Source: an uncultured archaeon (GTDB lineage Archaea > Thermoproteota > EX4484-205 > JAAOZP01). From it: a stretch of DNA of 64,000 nt. Location: contig CALIBN010000012.1 in NCBI GenBank assembly GCA_938045545.1, positions 64,001 to 128,000 of the forward strand, given 5' to 3'. Under the pieces are notes generated by a model, which had not been told where the DNA came from, ran no database searches, and saw only the letters and a list, made by a program, of their open reading frames with translations. Every line of letters starts with the position of its first letter. Position 1 is the first letter of the stretch. The position numbers and the translations under genes are program-made. This document shows positions 40,993-51,600 of the stretch, in pieces.

Positions 40993-42669
40993 CTAGGGTT
41001 GAACATACGTGAGTATCTTCCTTAGAAACCTTGTTTTTTCAAGAGAATCCCGAATGTTAAGGATTATGCTCAGCATCGGGGAGACGATTCCTGGTGAAAC
41101 AGACATTGTTTTCCCGCTTGCCATTCTACCGCCGACAATACTGTTGAACAAGAGGTCGAACTTGCCGTCAATCTCGTCCTGCGTAGAGGACACTACTGTG
41201 GCGGAGAAATCAGCCATCATCTCCTGAATCTTCATGATTCTTTCAAGAATCGGGGTCAATGCTTTTCTAGTCTTGCCGACAACATACTTCCATTCCGCCA
41301 GATTATTGGATAAAACTGTTGTCTGAAGCAGGGCTGGTTTCTTCCTTCTAAGCTCCTGCAGCAGTTTATAAGCCTCAACGGATTCGCTGATCGAGCTTAG
41401 AATAACATCTTCCTCCTCCAGGATGCTGCTTAATGCTTGTCTAAGCATGCTCAGCTGCATCGCCCTATCCGGAAGCCGGGCAGCATAGAGCCAAGGTACG
41501 ACGCTCTCCATCTGGTCGACAACCTTGCTAGCAGAGTCGCGAACCAGCTTCAGCATCCTGCAGGATTCAGACGCTTCCCTAAGGGTCTCCTGGCCTACAG
41601 CCTCTGCGGATGGCATGCTAACCTTCTCCCTGCTCAAGTAATCTTTCAGCAGCACAGCATTTCCGAGCAGGCCATGCGTGAAAGGAGTTTTACAGCTCTC
41701 CACGTGAGAGAAGAAGAGAACGATCTTTCCAGATCCATGTTCAGTAAACCCGATGCTGCTAGCGCCCCCTATTTTTTTAAGCGCTTCCTCGTATGGTACA
41801 CCATACTCCACGCTAGTAGAAGGCAGCACCATTTTTGCGAAAACCTGTTTAGCGTTAGTGATTTTAGCAATCGGGCCCGTGTGAAACATCGTGAGCTCAC
41901 CCCTGTACCCTAGTGTCAACATTCCTCTCCGCGTAATCCTCGACTTGACGAGGCCTGTTACAGGGTAAGTCCTTAAAACCCCGCTTAGCCGCCTTCCTGA
42001 GAAAACAGGCCAAGAAGGCTCTGAAACCGTGTCGCTCAGGAGCTTGCACTCAACAACCTGCAGCTCGCTCCAGGCCTCTATCTCTCCGTACGCGGATATT
42101 GGCAGGTTAACTGGTTTAAGTGGAAGCAGTGCACCGGCGCATATTCCAACGTATATGCCTCCGGACTCTACGAATTGCCTGACCATCCTAGCTTCCTCTT
42201 TCCCGAGCGACCTGAGAATTTCAAAGCTATCTCCGCCGCCAACTATCAAGACGTCTAGAGCACGCAGGTCCTCCAGCGTTAACGGCCCTGGGAGTAGAGA
42301 TATCCTCCTGAAACCCATGTTGAACAAAGCCTCCACAGTTTCTTTCAAGCAGGATACTGAAACCCCGTTTCCACTGTATAATCCGATGAGCGGGCTGCGC
42401 AACCAGGCAACGCTTTGCTGATCCATGGTTTTTAAAGGCTTCAACTCTACACCGTACTCTTCACCAAGATTCTTCGCCAAGTATTCCGAATAAACGTCTT
42501 CTACACCGATCACGAAGTCCCCGGGCTTAAGAACAGAGTCTCTGGAACCTCTTAGCTTCACGGCCCTGCCAACTTTAAACCCTGATTCGAGAAGATTATT
42601 TACAAGCCTATATGCGTTAGAATAGGCTTCTCCACCGCCTTTCTTAAACCGTGTCCTCCACCACTTCAA
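40993..42669 (-). CDS. BPL-N/class I glutamine amidotransferase-like domain protein
   Basis: IGLYSG, DVLIVGGG, FVESGGIYVGICAGA, SHVE; helical C-terminal half. Confidence 0.75.
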   Translation of the reverse strand: MKWWRTRFKKGGGEAYSNAYRLVNNLLESGFKVGRAVKLRGSRDSVLKPGDFVIGVEDVYSEYLAKNLGEEYGVELKPLKTMDQQSVAWLRSPLIGLYSGNGVSVSCLKETVEALFNMGFRRISLLPGPLTLEDLRALDVLIVGGGDSFEILRSLGKEEARMVRQFVESGGIYVGICAGALLPLKPVNLPISAYGEIEAWSELQVVECKLLSDTVSEPSWPVFSGRRLSGVLRTYPVTGLVKSRITRRGMLTLGYRGELTMFHTGPIAKITNAKQVFAKMVLPSTSVEYGVPYEEALKKIGGASSIGFTEHGSGKIVLFFSHVESCKTPFTHGLLGNAVLLKDYLSREKVSMPSAEAVGQETLREASESCRMLKLVRDSASKVVDQMESVVPWLYAARLPDRAMQLSMLRQALSSILEEEDVILSSISESVEAYKLLQELRRKKPALLQTTVLSNNLAEWKYVVGKTRKALTPILERIMKIQEMMADFSATVVSSTQDEIDGKFDLLFNSIVGGRMASGKTMSVSPGIVSPMLSIILNIRDSLEKTRFLRKILTYVQP

Positions 42670-42717
42670 CGTTCCCAGAGAAGCATCAGCCAGTATTTAA
42701 TCTCATCTGAATAACTC

Positions 42718-44262
42718 CTACAACCCTATTTTAATAGGTGTTTTCCCTGCTGGTTTAAACTTGCCCTTTAAAACCTTCAAAGCAGCCTTGACGGCGGTTA
42801 AACTCGGGGTGAAAGCAGCAACACAGATCTTAGCACTGCTCAACTGGGGCAGATCCTCAGGGGCTCCGAGCGAGATGACTATGCTCTCCCTAAAGAACTC
42901 CACAAGCTTTTTAAGCATGGATAGCTCCCGCCTGTTTTCCTGGGTGTTGTAAGCCAGTGCTAAGAGAAGCGTGTTGCTAGGGGTGCTTCTGTAAATCTCA
43001 CCCAGCTTCTTGCCAGAAATCTCTTCGAAGCGCTCTAAAAGGTTGAACCCTCCAAGCTCTTCCCTCAAGACTTCTTCAAGGGCGATCCTGCCTGGCTCCC
43101 CCAGCTGGTCTTCAAACTTACCTGTGACGACGACTAGAGGTTTACCCAGCCATCTTAAGGGGAGTTCCTCAACACCCTTCACCAGCGTTATGCTCCGAAT
43201 AAATATCTTCCAAGCCTTAGTCCGGTTTATAATGCTGCCACGTGTTTTCTCAGGAGTCTTTTTAAACTTTTCAAACTTTCTAAGTTTAAAACTGAGCACT
43301 TCTAAAGCACTGCTTCTTATCCTTTCATATAAACTCCTGTCCCCTTTAGCTTTCTCAAGAATACTGTTCAAAACCTCCTGTGTTTTTTCCATTCTTCTCG
43401 AAGGCACCACTATATGGTTGCCCGCCTTCAAGGCTTTCACCACAGCTTCTTCCAGGTCAAAGTTTTCCGATACCTGCTTATCATCCAAATAATCCGTCAC
43501 GAGAAGATTTTTAAAACCCATTTCCCGCTTAACTATTCTCTCAACAACCTTTGGCGATAACGAGGAGGGTGTGTCCACGTCCCCCGCAGCCGGAAGAGGG
43601 CTGTGCCCAATCACAACCCCCTCGACGCCCGATTTAAATGCCTGTTGAAAAGGCTTGAAGTCTCTTCTGAGAAGCCCGTTAAGGTCTTCAGCCTCGCCAC
43701 CATGCTTCTCAAGCCTACCAGGGAAATATTTGACGAAAGATAAGACACCACCGTTTCTAAGACCCCTTATGTAGCTGACAACGTAGCCGGATACTTCATC
43801 AGGCTCATCCCCAAAGCAGTTTTCACCCATTCCGGGGGAATAAAGGTTCGCCACCGGCGCCAAGTTAGTGTTAATGCTGAGCGTCCTTAATTCTAAGGCG
43901 GTCACGTAACCGGTCATGTAGGCTGACTTCACCTCTCCGGTTGCACTCACGCCCATTTGGCTGGGCAACTCGGTTAAAGGCGGGTGAAGACCCTCAAGCC
44001 CCTTGCCCTCGTGCTCAGCAGCAATTATGAGGGAGAAGCCTAGGGCTCTCCTGTATGAGGCAGCCAGCTCCTTCAACAAGTAGCCTGGATTCTTAAGCCC
44101 GGAAAGGGCTTTCCTTCCGATTATCACGCCGCTTAAAGCGTTATCCAAAACAATTTTTTCAAGCTCGCTGAAGTTTTTCACCTCGTTAACATAGCCCATC
44201 ACTGTTTGGCCGGCGATTTTTTCGAAAGGCGTTCTCTGAACGATCCGCTCCAGCGTGACCAT
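42718..44262 (-). CDS. GH3 (NagZ-like) protein with degenerate active-site motifs
   Basis: NLAPV, FGDEP, KYFPG, PSSLS, MGFKNLLVTD, ALKAG; C-terminal GAPEDL. Confidence 0.85.
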   Translation of the reverse strand: MVTLERIVQRTPFEKIAGQTVMGYVNEVKNFSELEKIVLDNALSGVIIGRKALSGLKNPGYLLKELAASYRRALGFSLIIAAEHEGKGLEGLHPPLTELPSQMGVSATGEVKSAYMTGYVTALELRTLSINTNLAPVANLYSPGMGENCFGDEPDEVSGYVVSYIRGLRNGGVLSFVKYFPGRLEKHGGEAEDLNGLLRRDFKPFQQAFKSGVEGVVIGHSPLPAAGDVDTPSSLSPKVVERIVKREMGFKNLLVTDYLDDKQVSENFDLEEAVVKALKAGNHIVVPSRRMEKTQEVLNSILEKAKGDRSLYERIRSSALEVLSFKLRKFEKFKKTPEKTRGSIINRTKAWKIFIRSITLVKGVEELPLRWLGKPLVVVTGKFEDQLGEPGRIALEEVLREELGGFNLLERFEEISGKKLGEIYRSTPSNTLLLALAYNTQENRRELSMLKKLVEFFRESIVISLGAPEDLPQLSSAKICVAAFTPSLTAVKAALKVLKGKFKPAGKTPIKIGL

Positions 44263-44386
44263 TACCTACTCGTTCACCATCCTTCCACCGCCTGACGTTT
44301 TTATCAGATGGCTCACCGTGTCACTCTGCTTTGAAATCCCTATAAGGATTTCCATATCGTTTAAAAACGGTTTTCCCAGGGCGTGT

Positions 44387-44716
44387 TCAACATTTTTCCA
44401 TGAACTCTCTCAGCCGGATGCCTCCTTGCCTACTAATCTTTTCACCGGGTGTGAAAACCCTTATGTCGCCGTATCCGAAGTCCACTACGACGTAGAGTGG
44501 AAACCCCTCGATTTCACGGGGAATCGACCCATGCACGTATAACAAGCGTTTACTAGTGGACTTAACCTGCATCAGGATACACTTGCCCCTCCTGAGGCAA
44601 ACCAGGTCTGCCGGCCCAAGGCTTCCTCCCGACCTAACGGTCGTCCAGCCGTACTTGCGGAGAAACATTCTGATCTTACGCTCAGCAAGATAGCCTTTCC
44701 TCCTAGGAGGAGCCAT
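44387..44716 (-). CDS. hjc: Holliday junction resolvase Hjc
   Basis: KGYLAER, VRSGGS, ADLV, MQVKS. Confidence 0.8.
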   Translation of the reverse strand: MAPPRRKGYLAERKIRMFLRKYGWTTVRSGGSLGPADLVCLRRGKCILMQVKSTSKRLLYVHGSIPREIEGFPLYVVVDFGYGDIRVFTPGEKISRQGGIRLREFMEKC

Positions 44717-44726
44717 GGGGCGCGAC

Positions 44727-45914
44727 CTAAACCCTTCTAATCAATTTAACGATTTCCATCCCGTCGACGAGCCCAAACGACCCTCTAAGCCCAGAATCCT
44801 CGTCGAAAGGAAGCCCGTCTCCGTTCAACCCTGGTTTCATCACGGCGAAAGGAGTCGGGTCTAACGTATGGTTTCTAACAGAAACGGGTGTCGGATGGTC
44901 TATCAGGATGCTTATCGAAACGTTTTCCTCAACGCTGGCAAGTACGCTGTCAAGTATTTTCTTGAAAAGCCTCTTATCCATCTCTTCAATAACCTTCACC
45001 TTGGTTTCGAAAGAGCCCTCGTGACCCGCCTCGTCGGGAGACTCGACATGCAGATATACGAAGTCTGATTCCTCGAGAGCTTTAACCGCGTAAACCGCCT
45101 TGTTCTCGTAGCTAGTATCGTAGTAGCCGGTTGCGCCAGGTACGTCAGGCACATGCATCTGGGCGAGCCTACCAATTCCCTTTATCAGGTCCACTGCAGC
45201 TATAACCGCACCTCTTAAGCCGTGTTTCAAGACGAAAGGCTCCAGATTTGGCATTCTGCCCTGCCCCCATATCCAGGCCATGTTCGCAGGCTTCTCCCCC
45301 TTATTTTGCCTACGGATGTTCACCTGGGTTTCAGACAGAACACTGATCGACTCAACCATCATCCTGTTGAGCAGCCTAGAGTCCTCGTTATCTGGCTTCA
45401 ACAAGTGCTTACCGTATTCCTCGCCGACAATATCGTGCGGCGGAGTAGCCTTCAACCCCTGCCCCCGCTTGGAGACGAAAATATTCCTGTAGCTGACACC
45501 CGTATAAAACCTTCCGATACTGCTGAACCTCTTGTTCAACTCCGATATCAAAACTTCAGCCTCGCTCGTAGTAATATGGCCCCCCGAGTAATCTGCAACC
45601 CTGTTTTCTTCAACAGTTATGAGATTACACCTGAAAACAACCTCGTCATCCCCGGCCCTTATGCCTCTGGCCGCAGCCTCCAACGGGCCTCTCCCAGTGT
45701 AGCAAGAGCTAGGATCATACCCAAGCATGATGAGGTTTGCAACATCGCTTCCACGAGGCAGGCCCGGCCGGAGTGTTCGGAGCATACCCATTCTCCCTCT
45801 CCTAGCTATTTCATCCATGTTTGGCTTCTCCGCCACTTGAAGAGGGGTTTTACCGTTCACCTCCTCAACTGGGTAGTCCGCCATTCCGTCGCCAACTATT
45901 ACCAGGTACTTCAA
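44727..45914 (-). CDS. apgM: Cofactor-independent phosphoglycerate mutase
   Basis: GDGMAD, TPLQ, GSDVAN, YTGRGPLEA, PDEAGH, DHPTP. Confidence 0.95.
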   Translation of the reverse strand: MKYLVIVGDGMADYPVEEVNGKTPLQVAEKPNMDEIARRGRMGMLRTLRPGLPRGSDVANLIMLGYDPSSCYTGRGPLEAAARGIRAGDDEVVFRCNLITVEENRVADYSGGHITTSEAEVLISELNKRFSSIGRFYTGVSYRNIFVSKRGQGLKATPPHDIVGEEYGKHLLKPDNEDSRLLNRMMVESISVLSETQVNIRRQNKGEKPANMAWIWGQGRMPNLEPFVLKHGLRGAVIAAVDLIKGIGRLAQMHVPDVPGATGYYDTSYENKAVYAVKALEESDFVYLHVESPDEAGHEGSFETKVKVIEEMDKRLFKKILDSVLASVEENVSISILIDHPTPVSVRNHTLDPTPFAVMKPGLNGDGLPFDEDSGLRGSFGLVDGMEIVKLIRRV

Positions 45915-45999
45915 GCCTCCTCTCCAACTATTAGAAAAGTTTTAAGATTTTCGAGCATGTTGAATAAACTTATTAGGCTTACGCATTTGAAAAACCAGG

Positions 46000-46317
46000 T
46001 TGAAGAGGAAGACGGAACAGTTGGATAAAATACTCGAGATGCTCGCTAGGAAAAGGCTTGAAGAGGCTGAGAAGCAGCTGGATGCTTTTAAGCCCAGCGG
46101 AGGATACGAGGCTGGCTACCTTAGAGGCTTAAGAGGCATTCTTCAAACGCTTAGGAGGCCTGTTGAAGGAAGCATTATGGGAGAGCCTGCAGAGGAATTG
46201 GAGAAGCATGTGAAAAGCCTCATGGAAACGGTTGAAACACATTACTTAAGTCAGGAGGAGGAGGGGTTTTTCGCAGCCTGGGTTGACTTTCTTGGGAAAC
46301 TATCCGGAGGGGAATAG
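46000..46317 (+). CDS. Hypothetical protein
   Basis: GYLRGLRGIL and EEGFFAAW motifs; 105 aa. Confidence 0.7.
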   Translation: MKRKTEQLDKILEMLARKRLEEAEKQLDAFKPSGGYEAGYLRGLRGILQTLRRPVEGSIMGEPAEELEKHVKSLMETVETHYLSQEEEGFFAAWVDFLGKLSGGE

Positions 46318-46590
46318 AATGTTATACACTAGGAACCATGTGAAGAGCCAGGCTAGGAAGAAGCTTCCCACGCCTTCTTTCCAAGTTGCGCTCTCATCCT
46401 TAAGCCTACCCCTATATATTCTTTTGAAAAAATAGTAGGTTAAAAAGTATGCCAGAACCATGTTTAGGAAGGCGCTTATTATCGTGGAAGGGGGACGCCA
46501 GAAGAAGGCGTGTAAAACACCCAGAATGGCTCCTAGAGCAACCCTCGTCCAGTAAATGAGGCTTTCAGGTTTAAATCTGTACTCGCCCAT
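46300..46590 (-). CDS. Small 3-TM protein (EMC6/Rab5ip-like)
   Basis: YWTRVALG..EGVGSFFLAWLFTWFLVYN. Confidence 0.7.
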   Translation of the reverse strand: MGEYRFKPESLIYWTRVALGAILGVLHAFFWRPPSTIISAFLNMVLAYFLTYYFFKRIYRGRLKDESATWKEGVGSFFLAWLFTWFLVYNILFPSG

Positions 46591-46610
46591 TCATCTTGAG
46601 CTTGAAAGCA

Positions 46611-46627
46611 CCGAAAATAAGTCTTTC
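46611..46627 (+). repeat. attL core CCGAAAATAAGTCTTTC
   Basis: Identical to 57457-57473; in frame with TTG 46602 (MKAPKISLS). Confidence 0.9.
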
Positions 46628-46845
46628 TAAGAAGAATGGAGAAATCTCCCCGGCAACCCTCTTTTTTTCTCAACACCTCAGTCTAATTTCAAAAGAAGAC
46701 CTCTAAGTCTTAGGTCTCTGAACACACTAATCAAGCACTCTTACAACAATGTTCGGGAAGGTAGGAAGGGCGACAGGAAAGGCTTCGAAAAATTGGCACA
46801 TGTTGAAGTTTAAAGTGTTTTAACGATCTTCATGCCTAACAATTT

Positions 46846-48537
46846 CTATGTCTTCCTAAAGAACTTCCAAGGTTTCCATTTTCGGGGAGGTCCTTCCCAT
46901 TCAACCATTTTCTTCCTCTTATTTGGCTTCTGCGACCTTTCTTTCCATTCGATATCTTTCTTCTCCTCATTCAGCTTTTGCGATTTCTTTAAGCACTCAT
47001 ATACGAGTGCCTGCTCAGTTGGTGCATACACATCGCAGCTTTGACAGTAAAATGGAATTTGATCCTCCTTCGTAGCTGGAACAGGTTTTTCCTTCACTTT
47101 ACCTTCTCTTCTACTTCCTATTTCAAAGGTTTCGAATTCTCCTACTTTGACTTCTCCGCGTGCCAAGGGGACTTCTCCATAACCCTCAAGGTCTTTCTTT
47201 ATCTCACTGGACCCTACGGGACTTTTTCCAATTTCAACTCGCTCCGCAACATTTTCATGCCTAGAGGCCTCTGTGAAATCGATAAGAACAGCATAAGGTT
47301 CGCTCCGTAGTTTGAGGCTGTCCTCAGCTGCTTTCTCATCCGGTTTCCTAAGCACCCTTCCACGGATCTGGATGTAGCTCAGGGGGGACCTAACTGGTCT
47401 GGCAATTATCAATACCTCTAGGTTCTTATCGTCAAAACCCATTTTAGCCATGTCCACAGTAACGAGAATTCCCTCTTTCTTTTTTCTAAATTCTGAAAGA
47501 ACCTCCTCCGCTTCGTCAATATTATAGTGTGCTACAGAGACTAGGTTATTCCTGTGACAAAGATCTCTAATCTTGCTATCCAATTCCTTCTTTATCAAAT
47601 CAGCCTCTCCCGTATTGGCTGCAACGACTAGGGTTTTAGGGATCCTCCTCTTAAGCGATTCTTCCCCAACCTCTTTCTTAAGGACTTCGATTATTTTCTC
47701 CGCATATTTCTCTGCCCTTTCATATATTGCGACCTGCCATTCATCTAATCTCCAAACCGGTTCTGAAAAACGATCTTTCTCTTCCAAGCGAATGCTATCT
47801 TTAACGACTTTTGTTATCGTCCGATATATCTTCAAACGCTCCATAAGGATGCCCATATCCATGGCCTTTCTAGTTGAGCAAGAATAGACGGGCTCTCCGA
47901 GGGCCTCCTTTGCCTCTTTAGTTGGCGTCGCGGACAATCCTAAGATGAATCTAATGTTCGCGATTTCTTGAAGAGTCTCGATTACTTTTCTGATTTCAGG
48001 ACCCCAGTATGTGTGATGGACTTCGTCAAGAATTGCTGCGTATACTTCAGTGATCATGTCCTTAAATTCAGAACCCTTCTCTGAGAATTGCCGGTTGAGT
48101 AGTTGTGGGGTAGTTGGAATCACCACGCTTATTATTCCTTCGTCTTTCAAAAGATATTGCAGATGTTTACCCTTAGTCTCCCACAACTCATTTGAGATAG
48201 GAGTATAAATCTGCATCTGTAAATCTTTTAGCTTTTTTAATAAAAGATCTCCCTCCTCTTTTGCTTGATCTAGAAGTATTTCTAGTGGAGCCAGCCAGAG
48301 CACTTTATCACCTTTCCTCAAATCCTCTCTAAGGAAAAGGTAGAGGAGAAAAGTGAATGCGAGCCTAGTCTTTCCCGTGCCGGTGGGCATGGCGATAATT
48401 CCAGATAGTTTATCGTGTTCCTTCTTAAGCAATTCATCCAACCGCTTGAGAGCCTCTTTCTGAATGTCGTTTAATTCATGGCCAGTTATCTCCTTCACCA
48501 GCTCGTTAAGCTGCTCTGGAGACACCACATTAGCCAA
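46846..48537 (-). CDS. SF2 (ResIII/HsdR-like) helicase with no evident nuclease domain; start uncertain
   Basis: MPTGTGKT, LDEVHH, GLSATP, MGFD, YIQIRGRVLR, LIDF. Confidence 0.9.
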   Translation of the reverse strand: MANVVSPEQLNELVKEITGHELNDIQKEALKRLDELLKKEHDKLSGIIAMPTGTGKTRLAFTFLLYLFLREDLRKGDKVLWLAPLEILLDQAKEEGDLLLKKLKDLQMQIYTPISNELWETKGKHLQYLLKDEGIISVVIPTTPQLLNRQFSEKGSEFKDMITEVYAAILDEVHHTYWGPEIRKVIETLQEIANIRFILGLSATPTKEAKEALGEPVYSCSTRKAMDMGILMERLKIYRTITKVVKDSIRLEEKDRFSEPVWRLDEWQVAIYERAEKYAEKIIEVLKKEVGEESLKRRIPKTLVVAANTGEADLIKKELDSKIRDLCHRNNLVSVAHYNIDEAEEVLSEFRKKKEGILVTVDMAKMGFDDKNLEVLIIARPVRSPLSYIQIRGRVLRKPDEKAAEDSLKLRSEPYAVLIDFTEASRHENVAERVEIGKSPVGSSEIKKDLEGYGEVPLARGEVKVGEFETFEIGSRREGKVKEKPVPATKEDQIPFYCQSCDVYAPTEQALVYECLKKSQKLNEEKKDIEWKERSQKPNKRKKMVEWEGPPRKWKPWKFFRKT

Positions 48538-48667
48538 GACTCTGTCATACTGACTGGTGTTTCTCCAAAATAAGTTTTCCTTAAGGCCAGAGAAACGAGG
48601 GAAATAAACCCTTAGAGCATGATTTCCAAGATTTATAAGTAGTTGGAATATAGGAAGAGACAGCACT

Positions 48668-51600
48668 ATGCTTAGGGGAGTAATAAGAGAGGCTAAGGTT
48701 GAAGAGGAGCTTTTCAGGATATTTAAAAACGTTCTAGAGAAGAAAAATCGTGAAATAGAGGGTGTATTTTTTCATGATTTGGAACCCCAATATCCGGTTG
48801 ACTCAGGAGAGGCGGATCTGGTTCTTTTCACGGATAGGCCGAGGAAACCAATTCTTGTCATAGAGTGTAAGAGGAAGGATTTGAAGACCAGGAGGGAAAT
48901 AAGAAGCATAGACCCAATGAGTCCAAAGGTCATCGATCAAGCTCTATTCTATGCCACGAAAATAGGTGCACCACTGTTTTCAACGACTAATGGAAGGGTT
49001 TTCACACTGTTCATTAAGCCTAAACCCGATGAGCCGTTCAGCATTGAAAGACATAGGCTTCTAATAAAAGAGATAGAGTTGAGGGAGGAAAGCATAGAAG
49101 AAATCCTAGGTCTTGTAGCGAAATGGAAAGCAGGAGTCCCGGTCACTAGGACTGCAATAGACTGGACGTTCATAATTAGGCTGAGGAGCTTTGTAGAATG
49201 GCTTTCCGAACAGCTCCTTCCAGCCATAGAAAAAAAGGCTAAGCAGAAGGGCGAATTCGCGGCTAAACTGAAGGAGCATGAGGATAAATTGGGAAAAATA
49301 AGCTCTGAAATATTTGCAAGAGAAGCCGCCTACTTACTGATGAACAAGATAGTTTTCTATAAGATTCTTGAAAGACATTATCCGCTGGAGGAGCTTAAGG
49401 GCATAGTTGCGTCAAATTCGGAAAGCTATATGAATGCACTTAAAGAATACTTCAATAAGGCTATAGAAGTAACTGATGACTTTGAACCGATATTCTCAAC
49501 AGGCGTTTACGATTATGTTCCAATGCCGGATGAGGAATGGGTTCTTGAGGAGATAAACGCGTTCATCGAAGATATGGGAAAATACAGGCTTGAAGAAATC
49601 GGAAGCGATGTTGTCGGCTTCATCTATGAGAATCTAATTCCTCCGGCGGAAAGACATAGCTTAGGACAATTCTACACTCCTCCTCCAATAGCGGAGCTCA
49701 TAGTTAAATGGGCAGTAAGAAGCCCTGAGGACAAGATTTTAGATCCAGCTGTTGGAAGCGGAACTTTCCTGATTAAAGCCTATCAAAGGTTGAAGGAGCT
49801 TAAGAAAGAACCTTCTCACGAAGAAATTTTAAAGCAGATTTACGCCCTGGACATTAATCCTTTCCCAGCCCACTTGACTGCGATGAATCTTGCGATGAGA
49901 GATGTGAAACATCCCGTGAGTGAGATGAATATTTTGGTTCGAGACTTCTTTCAACTGATGTATGGTCAGAAGTACTTTGTTGCTTATTCGGTGAAAACTC
50001 CAAGAGGAGAAAGAGAGAGAAAAATATCAATACCTTTATTTGATGCTATAGTGGCGAATCCCCCCTATACTAGATGGACCGAAATCCCTGAGAAAACAAG
50101 AATGCTCATTGGAGAAACAATAGGAGAAACTCTAAAGAAATATAACTTGACAGCTAGGGTGAGACAGGGAATAGAACCTGGAATCTATATGCACTTCATA
50201 ATGTGGGGATTAAACTTTCTGAGAGAGGGAGGTAGACTTGGAATGATAATCTCTGATAGCTGGCTCCAAACAGATTACGGGGTTGACTTCGGAAAATTCT
50301 TACTGGATAATTTTAAGGTTAAGGCTTTGATTGACATTTCTTCAAGGGTCTTTCCCGTCCCGCTGATAGGCACATGTATAATACTTCTAGAAAAATGCAG
50401 CAGAAAAGAGGAAAGGGAGGAAAACAAAGCTGTTTTCATGTATCTGAACATAGAGAAAGAAGGAAGCCTCCAGGTTGAGGAAATTCTAGACGCTATTGAA
50501 AGACCTGAGCATTATGAAGAAAAATACATGGTGAAAGTTGTTAAGCAGAGCGAAATAAGCAGAGACCAAAAATGGATAAACATAATATTCGACACCGAAG
50601 GCATCCTAGAAAAGCTTGGAGAAAAAACTACTTCCATGAAAGAATACTTTGAACTAAGTAGAGGAAACAGCCTATGGTCAATATGGTCCATGAAACATGG
50701 AAGGAGACCTGATGTTGGTGCAAAAGACTTCTTTTATCTTAACGAGGGCAAAGTTAAACAATGGGGTTTAGAGGATTATGCCTATCCCGCTTTAACGAGC
50801 TCAAGGTATGCGGCAAACTTCACATTCACTAAAAAAGATTGGGAAGAGCTTAGAGAAAGAGGGGCAGATTGCTACTTATTCATTTGTCATAAGAAGAGGA
50901 ATGAGTTACCAAGTAATGCTAGGGATTACATAAAGTGGGGAGAAACAGAGTGCAGAACTCAAATTAGAGGAACTAGGGGAGGAGGAAAGATCTGCAGTGA
51001 AGCACTTGCCTGTCAAGAAAGGGAAAAACTAGCAAGACGGCCTAAAGGTGAAAGGCTCTTCTACGGATGGTATGACCTTGGAGGGGTAGAAAAAGCATCA
51101 ATAATGGCAGTACGTCAATCAAGATATAAAACAAGGTTCATTTTATGTCAATACCCAATTGTTACTTATGATGCGATAATAACCTTTATTCCAAAGGTAA
51201 GGCTTTCAGAATCACAACTTAAAGCTTTGTTAGCCTACTTGAACTCAAGCGTTGTTCAACTGTATATAGAGTCTACGGGAAGGACAACAGGTGCAGTAGG
51301 TCCCATAGGATTAGAAGTGAAACATGCCCAAGAGATTCCGGTCATAGATGTTAATTCTTTAGATAAAAAGGACCTTGAAAGGCTTTCAAACCTGTTTGAG
51401 AAGCTAGAAAAAAAGGCTAGAGAGCTCGGAGGGGCAGACAAGCAGGAGAATGTAGAAAACCTCTGGGATAGCGTAGTAGCAGAAATAGATGAAGAAGTCG
51501 CGAGGATACTGCAGTTTCCGAAGAGATTAGCAAGGGATTCGAGAGTTTTAGCCAAGGCGATGATGGGGAGGAGGCTCTCGAGGACAGTAGAAGTCGCACC

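Noticed and set aside
45222-46028. 268-aa plus-strand ORF and similar antisense ORFs across the track
   Set aside because: Shadows of well-supported genes on the opposite strand, with no promoter or motif support.
48538-48666. Helicase start at 48666 as given in the ORF track
   Set aside because: It would leave 1 bp between divergent genes and overlap the RM gene's TATA; TTG 48537 or GTG 48528 is more plausible.
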